This document shows, one piece after another, positions 46,333 to 58,461 of a stretch of 64,000 nt of DNA (positions are counted from its first letter, which is position 1; the number at the start of each line of letters is the position of its first letter). Under the pieces are notes generated by a model. It saw only the letters and a list, made by a program, of their open reading frames with translations, had not been told where the DNA came from and ran no database searches. The stretch covers positions 49,271,900-49,335,899 of the forward strand of contig NC_068982.1 in NCBI RefSeq assembly GCF_001194135.2, in the 5' to 3' direction. The position numbers and the translations under genes are program-made. The stretch is from Octopus bimaculoides (Eukaryota).

Positions 46333-46794
46333 TGCGTGTGTGTGTTGAATAAGCTAAAAGCTATTAATAATTTTGGTCACAGTATGCAACATATTTAAAT
46401 GCATATGATTGGTCTATCATTCTAGACTGTTTAGATATTTTATTTTGAGCATTTGGCCATATAGATAAGGTGACACAAAATGGAGGCCAATAGAAAGTAC
46501 TATATAATAAACAAAATGATGATGAGGCTTATCTTTGTAATTTCATTGAATTATTTGATTTCTAGACAAATCATTGTTTCCCATACAATAAATGAGAGTA
46601 AAAAATTTACACATTATCACATGGTGATACTTTTGATATTCTTATCATTTCTTTACTGATGACAATGACGTCTGATTTGCTGATGTACAATTTGCTGATT
46701 TGCTGATGTACATGTACCAAGTACAATGAAGTCTGATTTGCTGATGAGGTTAAAATAAGATTAGATCAGTTGCTCCCCATAGTTTTTTTTTATT

Positions 46795-47590
46795 CTTTTA
46801 TTTGTTTCAATGTTTTGACTGGATTTGCCGCCATGCTGGAGCACTGCCTTGAAGGGTTTTAGTTGAATAAATCAGTCCCAGAACTTAATTTTTAAGCCTA
46901 GTATTTATTCTATTTGTCCCTTTTGCTGAACCACTAAGCAACAGAGACATAAACACGCCGAGACCAATTGTCAAGCAGTGGTAGTGGTGGGGAGACACAA
47001 ACACATACACATACATATATATGAAACAAGTTTTAAATAATTGTCATTACGTATTTTTCCTTTATTGGAGCAAGTCAGGCTTACAGCTGTTTCCAGTAGT
47101 CATTATAGGTACATTACTGATAAATTTACTCAGTTGGTTTATTGATCAACTGAGAAAAATTGAATGACCCAATGGCTACTTTCATCAGAGTCATTTGTGG
47201 TTATAACTAGCAGAGCACTGCTAACTACTAAACCTTTTTTTATTTTCTCTCTCTGCTTATTTCTGTGTTCTTTTCTGTTGAAGAGTGTGGGCTCGAAACG
47301 TAAAAGACTTTCTCACTTCCCGAGCATTAAACTAATACATCTGTTTGTTGTTTACATACCTGTCTTCGTCTTTTGTTTTGTCTTTTTTGTAAATTCCAAC
47401 TATATGTATATATATATATGTATACATACAACAGGCTTCTTTCAAGTTTTGCCTACCAAATCTATTCACAAGACTTTGGTTGGACCAAGACAATAGTAGA
47501 AGACACCTGCCCAAGGTGCCACACAGTTGAACTGAACCCAGAACCATGTGGTTGAGAAACAAGCTTCTCACCACACAGCTATGCCTGCTA
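46795..47590 (-). mobile_element. SINE family A split in two (tail 46795-47020, head 47400-47590)
   Basis: Tail GCCGCCATGCTGGAGCACTGCC; head GACACCTGCCCAAGGTGCC..CACCACACAGC. Confidence 0.75.
47240..47400 (+). mobile_element. Penelope-type terminal repeat with second copy of the hammerhead-like motif (47269-47307)
   Basis: TCTTTTCTGTTGAAGAGTGTGGGCTCGAAACGTAAAAGACTTTC..CCCGAGC..AACTAATACATC..GTTGTTTACATACCTGTCTTCGTC, running into (TA)n. Confidence 0.65.
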
Positions 47591-48164
47591 ACAATGTGAA
47601 AATAATAATACTTAAAAGGTCATTGTTTATTCACTTTCTACATATGAATTTCTAATTTTCGTTTTAATGCTCTCACCATTAAATATATCAATACTAACTC
47701 ACTGAAGAGTGAATATAGTTAACCGAGAAAAATATTTTCAGTGGAATATTTGATATAATGATGTAGGCTGGATTTTTTTGCCCTGCAGCTCTGAAATTTA
47801 AAACAATGCTAATATGAAGTGTGTAAATAGACTTTAAGGAGTAAAATTGTCTTGCTCTTCTCATTCTTATTTTCAAAATATATTTCTAGACAAAAAATGT
47901 TTATTACAGTCTCATATATTTTATATTGTAGTCTTATCTTTCCAGCTCATAATGATTATGGTAACAGTTTTGTCTGAACTGAGAAACTTAAATACATATA
48001 TAAATAGATATTTATGTGCATGTATATATATATATATATATACTATAAGATATAGTATATATTTTAATATATTACACAAATATGTATTATATATTATAGC
48101 ATATTATATATATATCTATATATGCATTGTATACATGTACTATACGTATGTGTGTCATATGCCA

Positions 48165-48330
48165 ACGTCATCATTTTAATGTCTTTTTTTCCCTGCTTGC
48201 ATGGACCAGACGAGACATCATTAAGTCAGAATTTTTTTATGGCCATTTGCCCTTCCTGATGCTATTCCTCACCTATTTCCAAGCAGGGTAATAATTCCTT
48301 CTGTCTATTCAATGACAAATAGTCCAGACA
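48165..48330 (-). mobile_element. Degenerate RTE-tail element fragment
   Basis: GTCATCATTTTAATGTC..CTTGCATGG..TTGCCCTTCCTGATGC. Confidence 0.45.
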
Positions 48331-48759
48331 TACTCTTGCAGTAGACTGCAACAAACAACATTATTTGTATAAACAGTACACTTTGTCTGCAACCAACATG
48401 CACATTACCTCTCTCCTTCTCCCTCGCCCCTTCTCTCTTTTTATGTCTCTGCATATGTATATATTGTCATCATCATCTACTATAGATCTACTTTAGCATA
48501 AAACATCTCTTCCTCATAGCTAGTCATACTGTACAAGAGTAGAAATAGAATATGCAGTAATATGCTTAATAATACTAATTACAACTATATGAGCTCAAGT
48601 GAATGACTCCTAACTCTCACTGCCTTGAAAATAACATCATATATCAGTATATTGTTATAATTCACATTCCTATTAATGTGTAAATCAGCCTAACTGCACA
48701 CTGCTTTAAAATCTATGACAGTCAACATGTACACTGTTAGAGTAACCTGACAGAAGAAA

Positions 48760-48960
48760 CACAATGATGCAATCTTCTTACCCATAGCAACTTGAAGAAA
48801 ACAATGACTATGTTGAAGAGCCTTCCAAGAGCTACACCATATGTGGATAATAACAGATCATGTACCTTGTGCATGGAAGAACCAATACTGAGCATTATTG
48901 CTAAAATGTCACTCCTGAACCAATAGAAAATCTGAGAGAGTGCCTACATAGTGATACAAA
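48760..48960 (+). mobile_element. Very degenerate Penelope-like GIY-YIG C-terminal relic
   Basis: RATPYVDNNRSCTLCMEE..LLNQ resembles the PY..xCxLCxxE..LLNKR terminus of invertebrate Penelope endonucleases. Confidence 0.4.
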
Positions 48961-49566
48961 ATATATATAAAACATATTTGAACTACAAACCCATTTCAGA
49001 TCTTGGTAGATAGTAATGTGAACACAGTACCAATGATCTGCTGCTTGTACTAAGGAGGCCTTAATTTTTTATGGACCAAAACTGGTGTATTAGAAAGTTG
49101 AATACTATCTTTAGAAGATGGGATAAATGGCTAAGACAAACGATGTCAATTGATACTAAGACAAGTAAAACAAAACATCACATCTAAACTAAAAATGTTA
49201 CAAATCGTCTCAACTCACAATCATAGACAATAAAGATTGGATTATTATTCTTGATGAATTGGATTCTATGAATACATACAGTTGTACAAGGTAAAAGACA
49301 AGCATCGTCATTGAAAAGTATAGTCACAAAGGATGATGCTAAATTATACTCAACAAAAAAAAAAAAAACAATTAAAATGTGTGCATGATCAAACTGTGAA
49401 ATAGAGCTTAACTCATCTGAAGGTTCAGACTTCTATTTTAAACGATGTTTCAAAATAATGACATAATCTGTGCATTTAGAAACCTTGTTCAAGATATTTG
49501 AGAACTAAATAGGAGACTCACTAATAACCTTAAGGAAAAGTATATTACACAAAGAGTAAATATGAT

Positions 49567-49682
49567 CCACCAGTTTCAGACCGATAGCTTTAAGTGAACA
49601 TATAGATAAACGTGTTGTAAATTACCACCAGTTTCAGACCGATAGCTTTAAGTGAACATATAGATAAACGTGTTGTAAATTA
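49567..49682 (+). repeat. Perfect 58-bp tandem duplication
   Basis: CCACCAGTTTCAGACCGATAGC...GTTGTAAATTA x2, followed by CCA. Confidence 0.97.
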
Positions 49683-50133
49683 CCAACTGAAAATTTATTT
49701 CTCTTATATCAATATCGTTATAGAATAACTAAACAACATGAGATCAATAAGTAGTCTACACTCATTCAAAAAATATTGGCATTTCATTTATAGTTGTTTA
49801 TTATTATTATTAAATAAAAAAAGAACATTAATATTCCACTTAGTACCACTCCTGTTACTGTTAATGCCGTTCATTTAATACCTCATCTCTTATTATCAAC
49901 ATCTACTTATGAAATTCTGAAATTAGGAAATAACAACAGCAGCATCAATGTCAGCTGTTTATGAAGTAATAAAAATAAAACATCATTTATTACAGAGTCA
50001 TGACATCTTTAGAAAAATGTAATCAGTTGATTACATTATTATTCCACTTCTGCCATAAAGTTTTATCATAAAGATTTCAGCACATTTTCTTCTCTACTTC
50101 ATTCAATCATTTATTCATCCACTCATTTGTTCA

Positions 50134-50169
50134 TACACACACACGCACGCCCGCACACACACACACGCC

Positions 50170-50226
<57 letters not shown>
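50134..50226. repeat. (CA)n microsatellite with CACGCCCG interruptions
   Basis: Direct read. Confidence 0.9.
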
Positions 50227-50229
<3 letters not shown>

Positions 50230-51739
50230 TATGTGTACATATGTGTGTATAGCCAACACTTGGAGTATCAAAGAGTTGACTCAAAAAGTCTGTTGAAGAC
50301 TCCTTGGAAGAAAAACAACATTAATTCTTCAAGATCGAAGAATATTGCTATTAGCCATTCATTCGATGACCCCACTGTTTGAGAAGACTGCAAATATGGA
50401 TGGAAAATTTGCTCAGCACTATCAAGTGAAGCAAAAAAGGAAGATGTATGCAGTATTATATCTCGTCTCTCAAACCCGAGATTTGTATATTCCATCTGTG
50501 ACTAAAGTTGTACATCAAGTGTTGTTATGTACAGTTATCAAAAGATCCACAAGTGAAGAGAAAAGTGTATGTCTGTTTGTAAATTTGTGTGTAATCATGA
50601 ATGTAAATTTGTAACATATATGAAGAGAGGGTGGTTAAAGTACACTATATTCAAGACATAGCTCAAATATCTTTGCAGGTGCAAGAAGTCAATAATTAAT
50701 ACAAGCTGGTTGTTTTCAATCACTCTACCACATTATGGTAGTAGGAATTCTGTCAAAATTAAGATTCAGAAGAAAACGTTGTTTATCTCTTCTAAATTTG
50801 CTTTGTGTAGGTCTAACAATTTTAAAGTTGATATATGTTCAAGATCCTAATCTCAAACAGTTAATTATTTTGAAATACTGCAATTAGTAAAATATTTGAA
50901 CAAGACTAACAGGCAATTTTCATGGAGAAGAATACCATTAATGTAGTCAAATATATTAGTTGCTGTTATATTTTTTCATTAACCTCATTGTTTGAAATGC
51001 TAATTTGATCTTGGTATTTTTAACTCAGAACTCTGTACAAAATTTTGTGAGATATAAGCCACAAGGGTGTAGCCGTGTGGTTGCAAGACCTGCTAAAAAT
51101 AGCTTCTATCTCTCTCAGAACGAATTCAACTGTCTTAAACAAGGAGAGACAAACACCACCTACAAAATCCAGTTGGACTTATCAATTGTTTTTGATTATA
51201 GATTAGTGCAATCAAGGTTGGCAAGAGGTTAAAGAACAACAATAACATCTAACAACTACAAGTCATGTTGTTTGGCTTTCTAGGCTATCTCCACTGTAAT
51301 TTGAAATAAATTTAGCAGTGATTTCTTAATTAGACAGAAGATCATATATGTGGGGAAGAGAACAGTTGATTATATCAATTTTGGAACTTGACTTACCCAT
51401 TCAGTACATATTTTAACAACCCTGGAATGATGAAAGAGACAGACTAACTCAATGTAAAGAGCAGTAACTAAATGCAATGTTCACTTATGGTTCTTTATGT
51501 TCTATGTATTATTTTGACCACAAGAACTTATCCATGCAGTCATACATTAAAATAGATACATAGACTACAAAGACATGTAGGGATGGATAAGACAAAATTA
51601 TATAAAATGAGGGGATTGTTAATCATTAGACAATTTATACATAAAAAATTTGATATAAATGAAAAAACTCAGACAAGATATGTTTGTTAAAAGCATAATG
51701 CAAATTAGGCAACTCATCCAAAGATAGGTGAAAACCCAC

Positions 51740-52300
51740 CAGCTGGGTCAAGTCAAAGTACTCTGCTCACTTGCCACTCATCATAAGTACACCTGTGTAA
51801 TTCTTGGTTTAGTTGGCCTTCAAAGGGTTCAAATTCATTGAGGAAAAATCCTTTACTGTTTGTAAACATCTAATGTGGTCTTCAACAAAATTCTGTCTTC
51901 TGAATCCTCCTTTTCCTCATATCTCCAAATCACACTCAGTGCTACAAAGGTAACAAAGAGGTGAGTCACAGCTGATGCTTCTGTTATGCTTGCATTGTGT
52001 TGGCCCATTTACTACAGAGCAAGTTTATGAGCTGGTGTGTATCATGCTAATTTTACTTGACACCTCATATCAGCTTTGATGACCAGGCAGACACAACTGT
52101 ATACTTGGCTTGGTTGATAAACCGCATGATAATCCATTCATAGGCCAGGGCATCCTTCAGCTGGTCCTTTGAGGACACACAGAAATGATCTGCAAGGGTA
52201 TTTTGCCTATTCTTTCATGCCACAAAAATGGTTAACTTTTTGCAACTGATGCAAGTAAAAAGGCTATATGAAGAATATTTTCACAAGAAGGCCATTATGT
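51740..52300 (-). mobile_element. Possible highly degraded mariner transposase C-terminus
   Basis: Only scattered motif-like pieces (DQLKDAL, HD.TPAH, HLF, AEYFD). Confidence 0.25.
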
Positions 52301-52361
52301 ACTGTACTCATCCAGAGTAATAAACACATATAAACAAGATGCACAAATACTGCTTTCTACT

Positions 52362-52570
52362 AAAGGCACAGGAGCTGAAATTTGGGGAAAGGAGCTAAAC
52401 AATTACATCAACCCCAGTGCTTAACTGGTACTTACTTTACGAATCTTGAAAGGTTGAAAGGCAAAGTCGCCCTCCGTGAAATTTGAACTCAGAACATAGA
52501 GATGGACAAAATTCGACTAAGCATTTTTTGTTCAGTTGTTAATGATTCTTTTAGCTTGTTGCCTTAAGTT
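52362..52570 (-). mobile_element. SINE family B
   Basis: CAATTACATCAACCCCAGTGC..GAAAGGCAAAGTCGCC..AATTTGAACTCAGAAC. Confidence 0.8.
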
Positions 52571-52710
52571 GCCCAATTTTGAAACAAAAGCTTTGGCAAC
52601 TTTGAGATATCTCAAAGAGCATGGCATTTTATGCTTCTCAGAGAATTTAAATCTGTCCTACATCACAAACCACTAAAATTTATTTTTATCAACTATTGTA
52701 GTTTACTGAA

Positions 52711-53044
52711 TGTAAAGGCATGTGCTTAGTGGTTAGAGCATTCAGCTCATGATCATAAGGTCATGAGTTCAATTCCCAGTGACGTCTGTCCTCAAGCAAG
52801 ACACTTTATTCCATTTTACCCCAGTCCAGTCAGCTGGCAAAAATGAGTTGTACCTATAATTTAAAAGGGCGAGCCTTGTCACATTCTGTGTCATGCAGAA
52901 TCTCCATGAAAACTACATTAAAGGTATGCTTGTCTGTGGAGTGATCAGCCACTTGCATGTTAATTTTACAAGCAGGCTGTTCCTTGATTAGATCAACTGG
53001 AACCCTTATCCTCATAACCTATGGTGTGCCAGTGAGTGAAGTGA
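52711..53044 (+). mobile_element. SINE family D, complete, with 11-bp TSD
   Basis: AGTTTACTGAA at 52700-52710 and 53045-53055; tRNA-like head GTGCTTAGTGGTTAG..GAGTTCAATTCCC; short (GTGAA)-like tail. Confidence 0.9.
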
Positions 53045-53374
53045 AGTTTACTGAAAGTGACATTTGCACATATTTGAAGCATTTGATAATGAAGTATATT
53101 ATGTGAAGGAATTTGGAGCATTAAATGTTGCTACATTATCATTACAGAAATTTACTTAAAATGTTGGTTTGGATTAATGCCCTCATAATGATTATTCTTT
53201 TATCTACCTTGTTGAAAAGAGGTTATAAAACCTTAACATATAAAGTCGGAGACTACCAATGATTTTTTTTTTTTTAGTATATTTAAAAAGAATTTTATGA
53301 ATAATACTAATTGTTTTTTTTTAGAAATGATCTAAGATAAATCTCACAGAGATTTATAATTAGTGTTATGATAA

Positions 53375-53584
53375 AGCAGTTGTTTACTGTCAACTTAATG
53401 TGACAGACTCATTAAGGGAATCATACTGCTGCTATTTTCCCTAGGAAGCTAGACCACTTCCTGTATAAGGACACAGGAAATGTGTCAAGGCCAACAGGAA
53501 GCGGTCTAGCTTCCTAGGGCTAAATAGCAGCAGTGTGATTCCCTTAACAGGTCTGTCACATTAAGTTGACAGTAAACAACTACT
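53375..53584. mobile_element. 210-bp fold-back MITE with ~90-bp TIRs
   Basis: Arms 53375-53464 and 53494-53584 are about 90% identical; the 29-nt spacer contains GACACA/TGTGTC. No clean TSD. Confidence 0.85.
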
Positions 53585-53739
53585 AATTGTTTTGTTGTAT
53601 GTATTTTAAGTAACTTCAAAAAGTTAACTGTATCTTGTGTAAATGAGAAGCGATTGTTTCACAGATCTGTTTGAGAAAAATCAATTCTCAATTGCAAGAG
53701 GTGCAGTTAATTTAGAAAACATTAATGATAAAGTGTGTG

Positions 53740-54510
53740 TATTATGATGATGTACAGTGTGACACAATTGTGAGAAATCTGTTGAAATTGCAAACATGGT
53801 GGACAGGCTATTGTAAAGATATTGAATGACATGTAAGATATCTGACATGTACAAAAATTAAACCAGAATTGCATTGCACAGGGCACCCATGACTGAAAGG
53901 AATTAAAGCATGGTTATGTATAGATATTGACTCAGCTTATTTTAAGAATTTAGAAGGATTCCTGATGTTGATACATACTTTTGGTGGCCAGAACTAATAA
54001 TGTTTTAGAATAATGTAGAAACAGTTAAGCAAGTAAGTGGTATGCATGCCAAAAATGGTGTTTCAGGAACATTATGTATGACTATTCTTGAGAATGTTAT
54101 GGTAATGTCCTGAGAATTTTGTGATAATGGCTTGTGTGTGTGGCTTGATCTGATCAAAGGAACATTTATGAAAATGTTCCCCTATCATCTAGAATCAAAT
54201 GGAATTGCTGAACTAATGGTAATAAGTGTTAATATAGGTTTAAAAGCCCAGTAATCAAATAATGTTTCTATTAATGCACATCTGAACTGCAATGCTATTG
54301 TGTTGTTGAAACATTCCTCACTTAATGGATAGAAAAATACAACCACCAATAACAATGTCTTAAGAAACTGTAGATTCAATTTCATTTTGACAATGAAGAA
54401 ATGGTGAACTATAAAATGCTAGATTTATATCTCAAGTATAAAATAATATAGCAGTGATTCTTAGGGAGAACAGCATATAATCACTCATAAAGATCAAGTA
54501 AATGATGACA
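53740..54510 (+). mobile_element. Ty3/Gypsy integrase relic
   Basis: LKLQTWWTGYCKDIE (zinc-binding region), AWLCIDIDSAY, KNGVSGTL, FPYHLESNGIAELMV (PYHPQSNGxAER motif); multiple stops. Confidence 0.8.
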
Positions 54511-54624
54511 GATATTGATAGTGATCAAAAAGCAGAATCAATCCTTCAAGCTTTGAATGACATTCCAGACTCTAATAATAAAGACTGTGATTTAACAGCT
54601 CATACAGAAACAACCATTGCAATG

Positions 54625-54975
54625 TGTAAGGGTAAAATGTAAAGACCCCCATCAATCATGAATGACCATGGGATTGCACCTAGAAAGTTCCCCTCCAAGG
54701 CACAAGTCTGGGCAAGGTTGTTTATGGAAGACAAGTAGTCACCCATGTATACCAGCCTCCTCTCTCCATGCCACTGACATTGTCCAAGGGAAAGGCAAAG
54801 GTCAATAAAGCTTGGCACCAGTGACATCACAACTCATTTCTACAGCTGAGTGAATTGGAGCAATGTGAAATAAAGTGTTTTGCACAAAAACACTATACAC
54901 AGCCTGGTCCAGGAACTGAACTCATTACTTCATGATTGTGAGCCCAACACTCTGACCACTGAGCCATACGCCTTT
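54625..54975 (-). mobile_element. SINE family C
   Basis: Homologous to 31560-31905 and 39357-39665. Confidence 0.85.
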
Positions 54976-55436
54976 ACAAGCGTAAGATGATGCCTTCATG
55001 TGTGTAAGATATGATGTCTTAAGTATGCTAATACTGTTTTAGCGATTGCATGCATTTTACATTCCAACTATGGATTTTTAAATTCTGTATGAAAGCTTGG
55101 CTATTCAATTGAATAGACTTTTGAATTCAAAAGAGCATGCGAGAACTAGGGTTTGAATAAATACAGTATGATATGGGGTGGTATAAAAAATAAAATAATC
55201 TATCTGGATTAAGTATGTTTAGAAGTAAATTCTGAGGGCGAATTGAACCAAGACTATACTGGATCGATCATTTTGGAAATATTCTGTTTCAAAGAAAGGC
55301 ATTTCTCCAGAATGATGTTTGGTCCAGGAAATATTAAATGTTCCATACCCCAACGTCTGAAAGAATTAATCTGAGTCCTTTTTAGGATTGATGGAGTTTT
55401 TATGGTCAATAAACATTTGTGCTGTTCACCACCATA

Positions 55437-55605
55437 TGGCAGTGAGCTGATGGAATCATTAGCATGTCAGGTAAAATGCTTAGCAGAATTTCATTTATCC
55501 TTATGTCCTGAGTTCAAATTCTCCTGAGGCCAGCTTTTCCTTTCATTCTTTTGGGATCAATAAAATAAGAACCAGTTGTGCACTGGGATCGATGTAATTG
55601 ACTTC
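55437..55605 (+). mobile_element. SINE family B
   Basis: GGCAGTGAGCTGATGGAATCATTAGC..GAGTTCAAATTC..GGGATCAATAAAATAAGAACCAG. Confidence 0.85.
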
Positions 55606-55827
55606 TGGGAGAATAAAAACTGTATCTCTCTGCCAAACCATGTTGAGCCAGTGGGGCAAAATAGATTCATGAAACCAGTATGATCTTCAGCTCAAATTTA
55701 CAGCCTCCACATCAGACCTTAGCTGGGGGGAGAAAAGAGGCTGAGGCCTTTGTCCTGCAGTGGACTGAACATAGGCAATACAGCCCAATCCAAGTATTTG
55801 CCCAAATATTTTGAAAATGACAAACTA

Positions 55828-55889
55828 TAAAGGTATGCTTGTCTGTGGAGTGATCAGCCACTTGCATGTTAATTTTACAAGCAGGCTGT
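55828..55889 (+). repeat. 62-bp exact copy of 52919-52980
   Basis: TAAAGGTATGCTTGTCTGTGGAGTGATCAGCCACTTGCATGTTAATTTTACAAGCAGGCTGT is identical at both sites. Confidence 0.97.
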
Positions 55890-56411
55890 AAAGAAAGGCA
55901 CTGAATTGGTTAGACAAATGTTCAAGCAATGGCTTTCAGTTATTTGAAAATTGTTCCTACCAAGAGAGATTGTGAGTATAATTGCTTTCATCAAGGATGT
56001 CATGCTGAGGATTGATGCTAATGAGTAATCTCTATTTGTGATTTTATTGCAAGATAACCATCCATTTCTATATATATCAAGAAGATTAACTGCTGCTGAA
56101 TCTAATTATTCAGGTATTGGGCCAAAGGATTTAACTGTTGTGGGAACTACAAACTGTGTCTGTCAGTTTTTAATTGATAGAAAATGTCTGCTGACGAAGT
56201 CACAGACCTCACAAATTCATCTTTAATCCATACAAAGAAATCCCAATGTGAAGTCTTTGAGAACCTTGATGTCATACATAAAGCTGCCAGCATTCAATTT
56301 TGATATTACTCTTTTAGATTGCAGCAGCAGAGTACTTGTTTGGATAATAATGTGTTACATCTGGATAGCTTATCTCCAGAAACATTAATGGGGTCTCAAA
56401 TTCATGCAGCT

Positions 56412-56531
56412 ATCTTCTTCTTCTTCTTCTTCTTCTTCTTCTTCTTCTTCTTCTTCTTCTTCTTCTTCTTCTTCTTCTTCTTCTCCTTCTTCTTCTTCTT
56501 CTTCTTCTTCTTCTTCTTCTTCTTCTTCTTC
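56412..56531 (+). repeat. (TTC)n trinucleotide tract, at least 120 bp, truncated by a gap
   Basis: Direct read; one CTC interruption. Confidence 0.95.
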
Positions 56532-58213
56532 NNNNNNNNNNNNNNNNNNNNNNNNNNNNNNNNNNNNNNNNNNNNNNNNNNNNNNNNNNNNNNNNNNNNN
56601 NNNNNNNNNNNNNNNNNNNNNNNNNNNNNNNNNNNNNNNNNNNNNNNNNNNNNNNNNNNNNNNNNNNNNNNNNNNNNNNNNNNNNNNNNNNNNNNNNNNN
56701 NNNNNNNNNNNNNNNNNNNNNNNNNNNNNNNNNNNNNNNNNNNNNNNNNNNNNNNNNNNNNNNNNNNNNNNNNNNNNNNNNNNNNNNNNNNNNNNNNNNN
56801 NNNNNNNNNNNNNNNNNNNNNNNNNNNNNNNNNNNNNNNNNNNNNNNNNNNNNNNNNNNNNNNNNNNNNNNNNNNNNNNNNNNNNNNNNNNNNNNNNNNN
56901 NNNNNNNNNNNNNNNNNNNNNNNNNNNNNNNNNNNCTCTTTCTCTTTTTACTCTCTCTCTCTCTCATAGCTCACACATGACCATCGCCCATCTTTCTTTT
57001 CCTGCATGGACGTTCAAAAGAGCAGACGTTTTTTTCTTTCTTCTATCTTTTCTCTTTTCAAAAAAATATTTCTCAGTGTTCAATATTTTCCTCTCGTTCT
57101 GGTCTAACAACCCTCTATGTTTGTTTCCATTCAGTTTCCTTGTATGTCTCCACTGTCATGTTTTTATCCCCAACTTTGATCTTCCACAAATCCTAAATTT
57201 TATTTTAGAATTTATGGCAACAACTGTCTTTGAAGACTCATATTGTTGTTGAATGTTCGAAATGAGGAGTTAATAGACAGCCGGCAACTGATGAAGAGTC
57301 ATTTCTCTGTTTACTTGTCCTGTTTTCCATTTTTTTCATTGTTTATATATTTATCTCGTTTGTTTACGTATTTCATGCTATTTGAACCGTTATTGACATC
57401 CTGTATCCATATATACATGTATATATACATGTGTGTATGTGTGTGTATACTATATATATTATTTACTATTTATTATTTGATTGGACGCCATGCATCCAAG
57501 TAAGTTTATACACACACACAAACACATATACACTCATACACACGCATGCATGCATACACACACACACACATACACACACACACACACACACATACACACA
57601 CACATATATATATATATAATACTGTTTTGTCAAAATGGCTCTCTGAAGGGAATTATTACCTGAAATATCTTACTTTGGAGGATCAATTACTTCTTAAAAA
57701 CAAATTCTAAATGATTTTGAAATATGAAGGATTCACTGGATATTTCTCTTGCAATACTCTATTTATATACAGCATTTTATTTGGTCAGAATAATAAGTAC
57801 ATTTATTGAACTCTGTGGAAACTTTTTATAAACCCGTTTTCTTACACATGCATTAAATACGTACGAGCATGAATGATTGCTAAAAAAATAAAACAATATG
57901 ATTTTTGTTGGGATAAAACAACTAATTTAGCACTGAAGATTTTATTTTGCTTTATTTTTCTTATTGTCTAACCTTAACATTTGTTCAAAAATGTTCTCAA
58001 ACTGTCTCACTGAAACATAACAGCCAATTATTTCATTATTTACCCTAAAAAGAACAGATGATATTTTTCTTTATTTTGATTTTAAGTTACATTCTGCTAT
58101 ATTTTATAGTTTAAAATTATAACAATTTTATTTCCTCAATTTCTGATAAGGCAGAATAAAAAAAAAACAATACCCATTAGTTCTCTTTGAAGTAGGTGTC
58201 TAAAACTTAGAAA

Positions 58214-58253
<40 letters not shown>

Positions 58254-58420
58254 GATGTAGGTACAGATGTACATATATGCATGGATATATGCATATATTT
58301 ATATATTATTCATATTGTTATATAACTTATATCTGTGTGTGTGTGTGTACACATATGTATATATATATATGTGTGTGTGAGTATGTGTGTAAAATACATA
58401 CATACATATATATGCATGCA

Positions 58421-58461
<41 letters not shown>

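Larger units (their letters stand above)
55270..56310 (+). mobile_element. Ty3/Gypsy RT thumb and RNase H relic, interrupted by a SINE B and other inserts
   Basis: SKKGISPE*CLVQEILNV..SFLGLMEFYG (55270-55410); RIDANE*SLFVILLQDNHPFLYISRRLTAAESNYS; HRPHKFIFNP; KLPAFNFDI. Confidence 0.8.

Noticed and set aside
50345-50614. Possible Helitron helicase C-terminus
   Set aside because: Only vague similarity; the diagnostic AMTINKSQGQ and FSHGQLYV motifs are absent.
57286-57310. CTGATGA-A-GAG(TCATTT)CTC half-hammerhead in a repeat-like segment
   Set aside because: The required GAAA and stem III do not follow, and the upstream GAAA cannot form a convincing type II fold.
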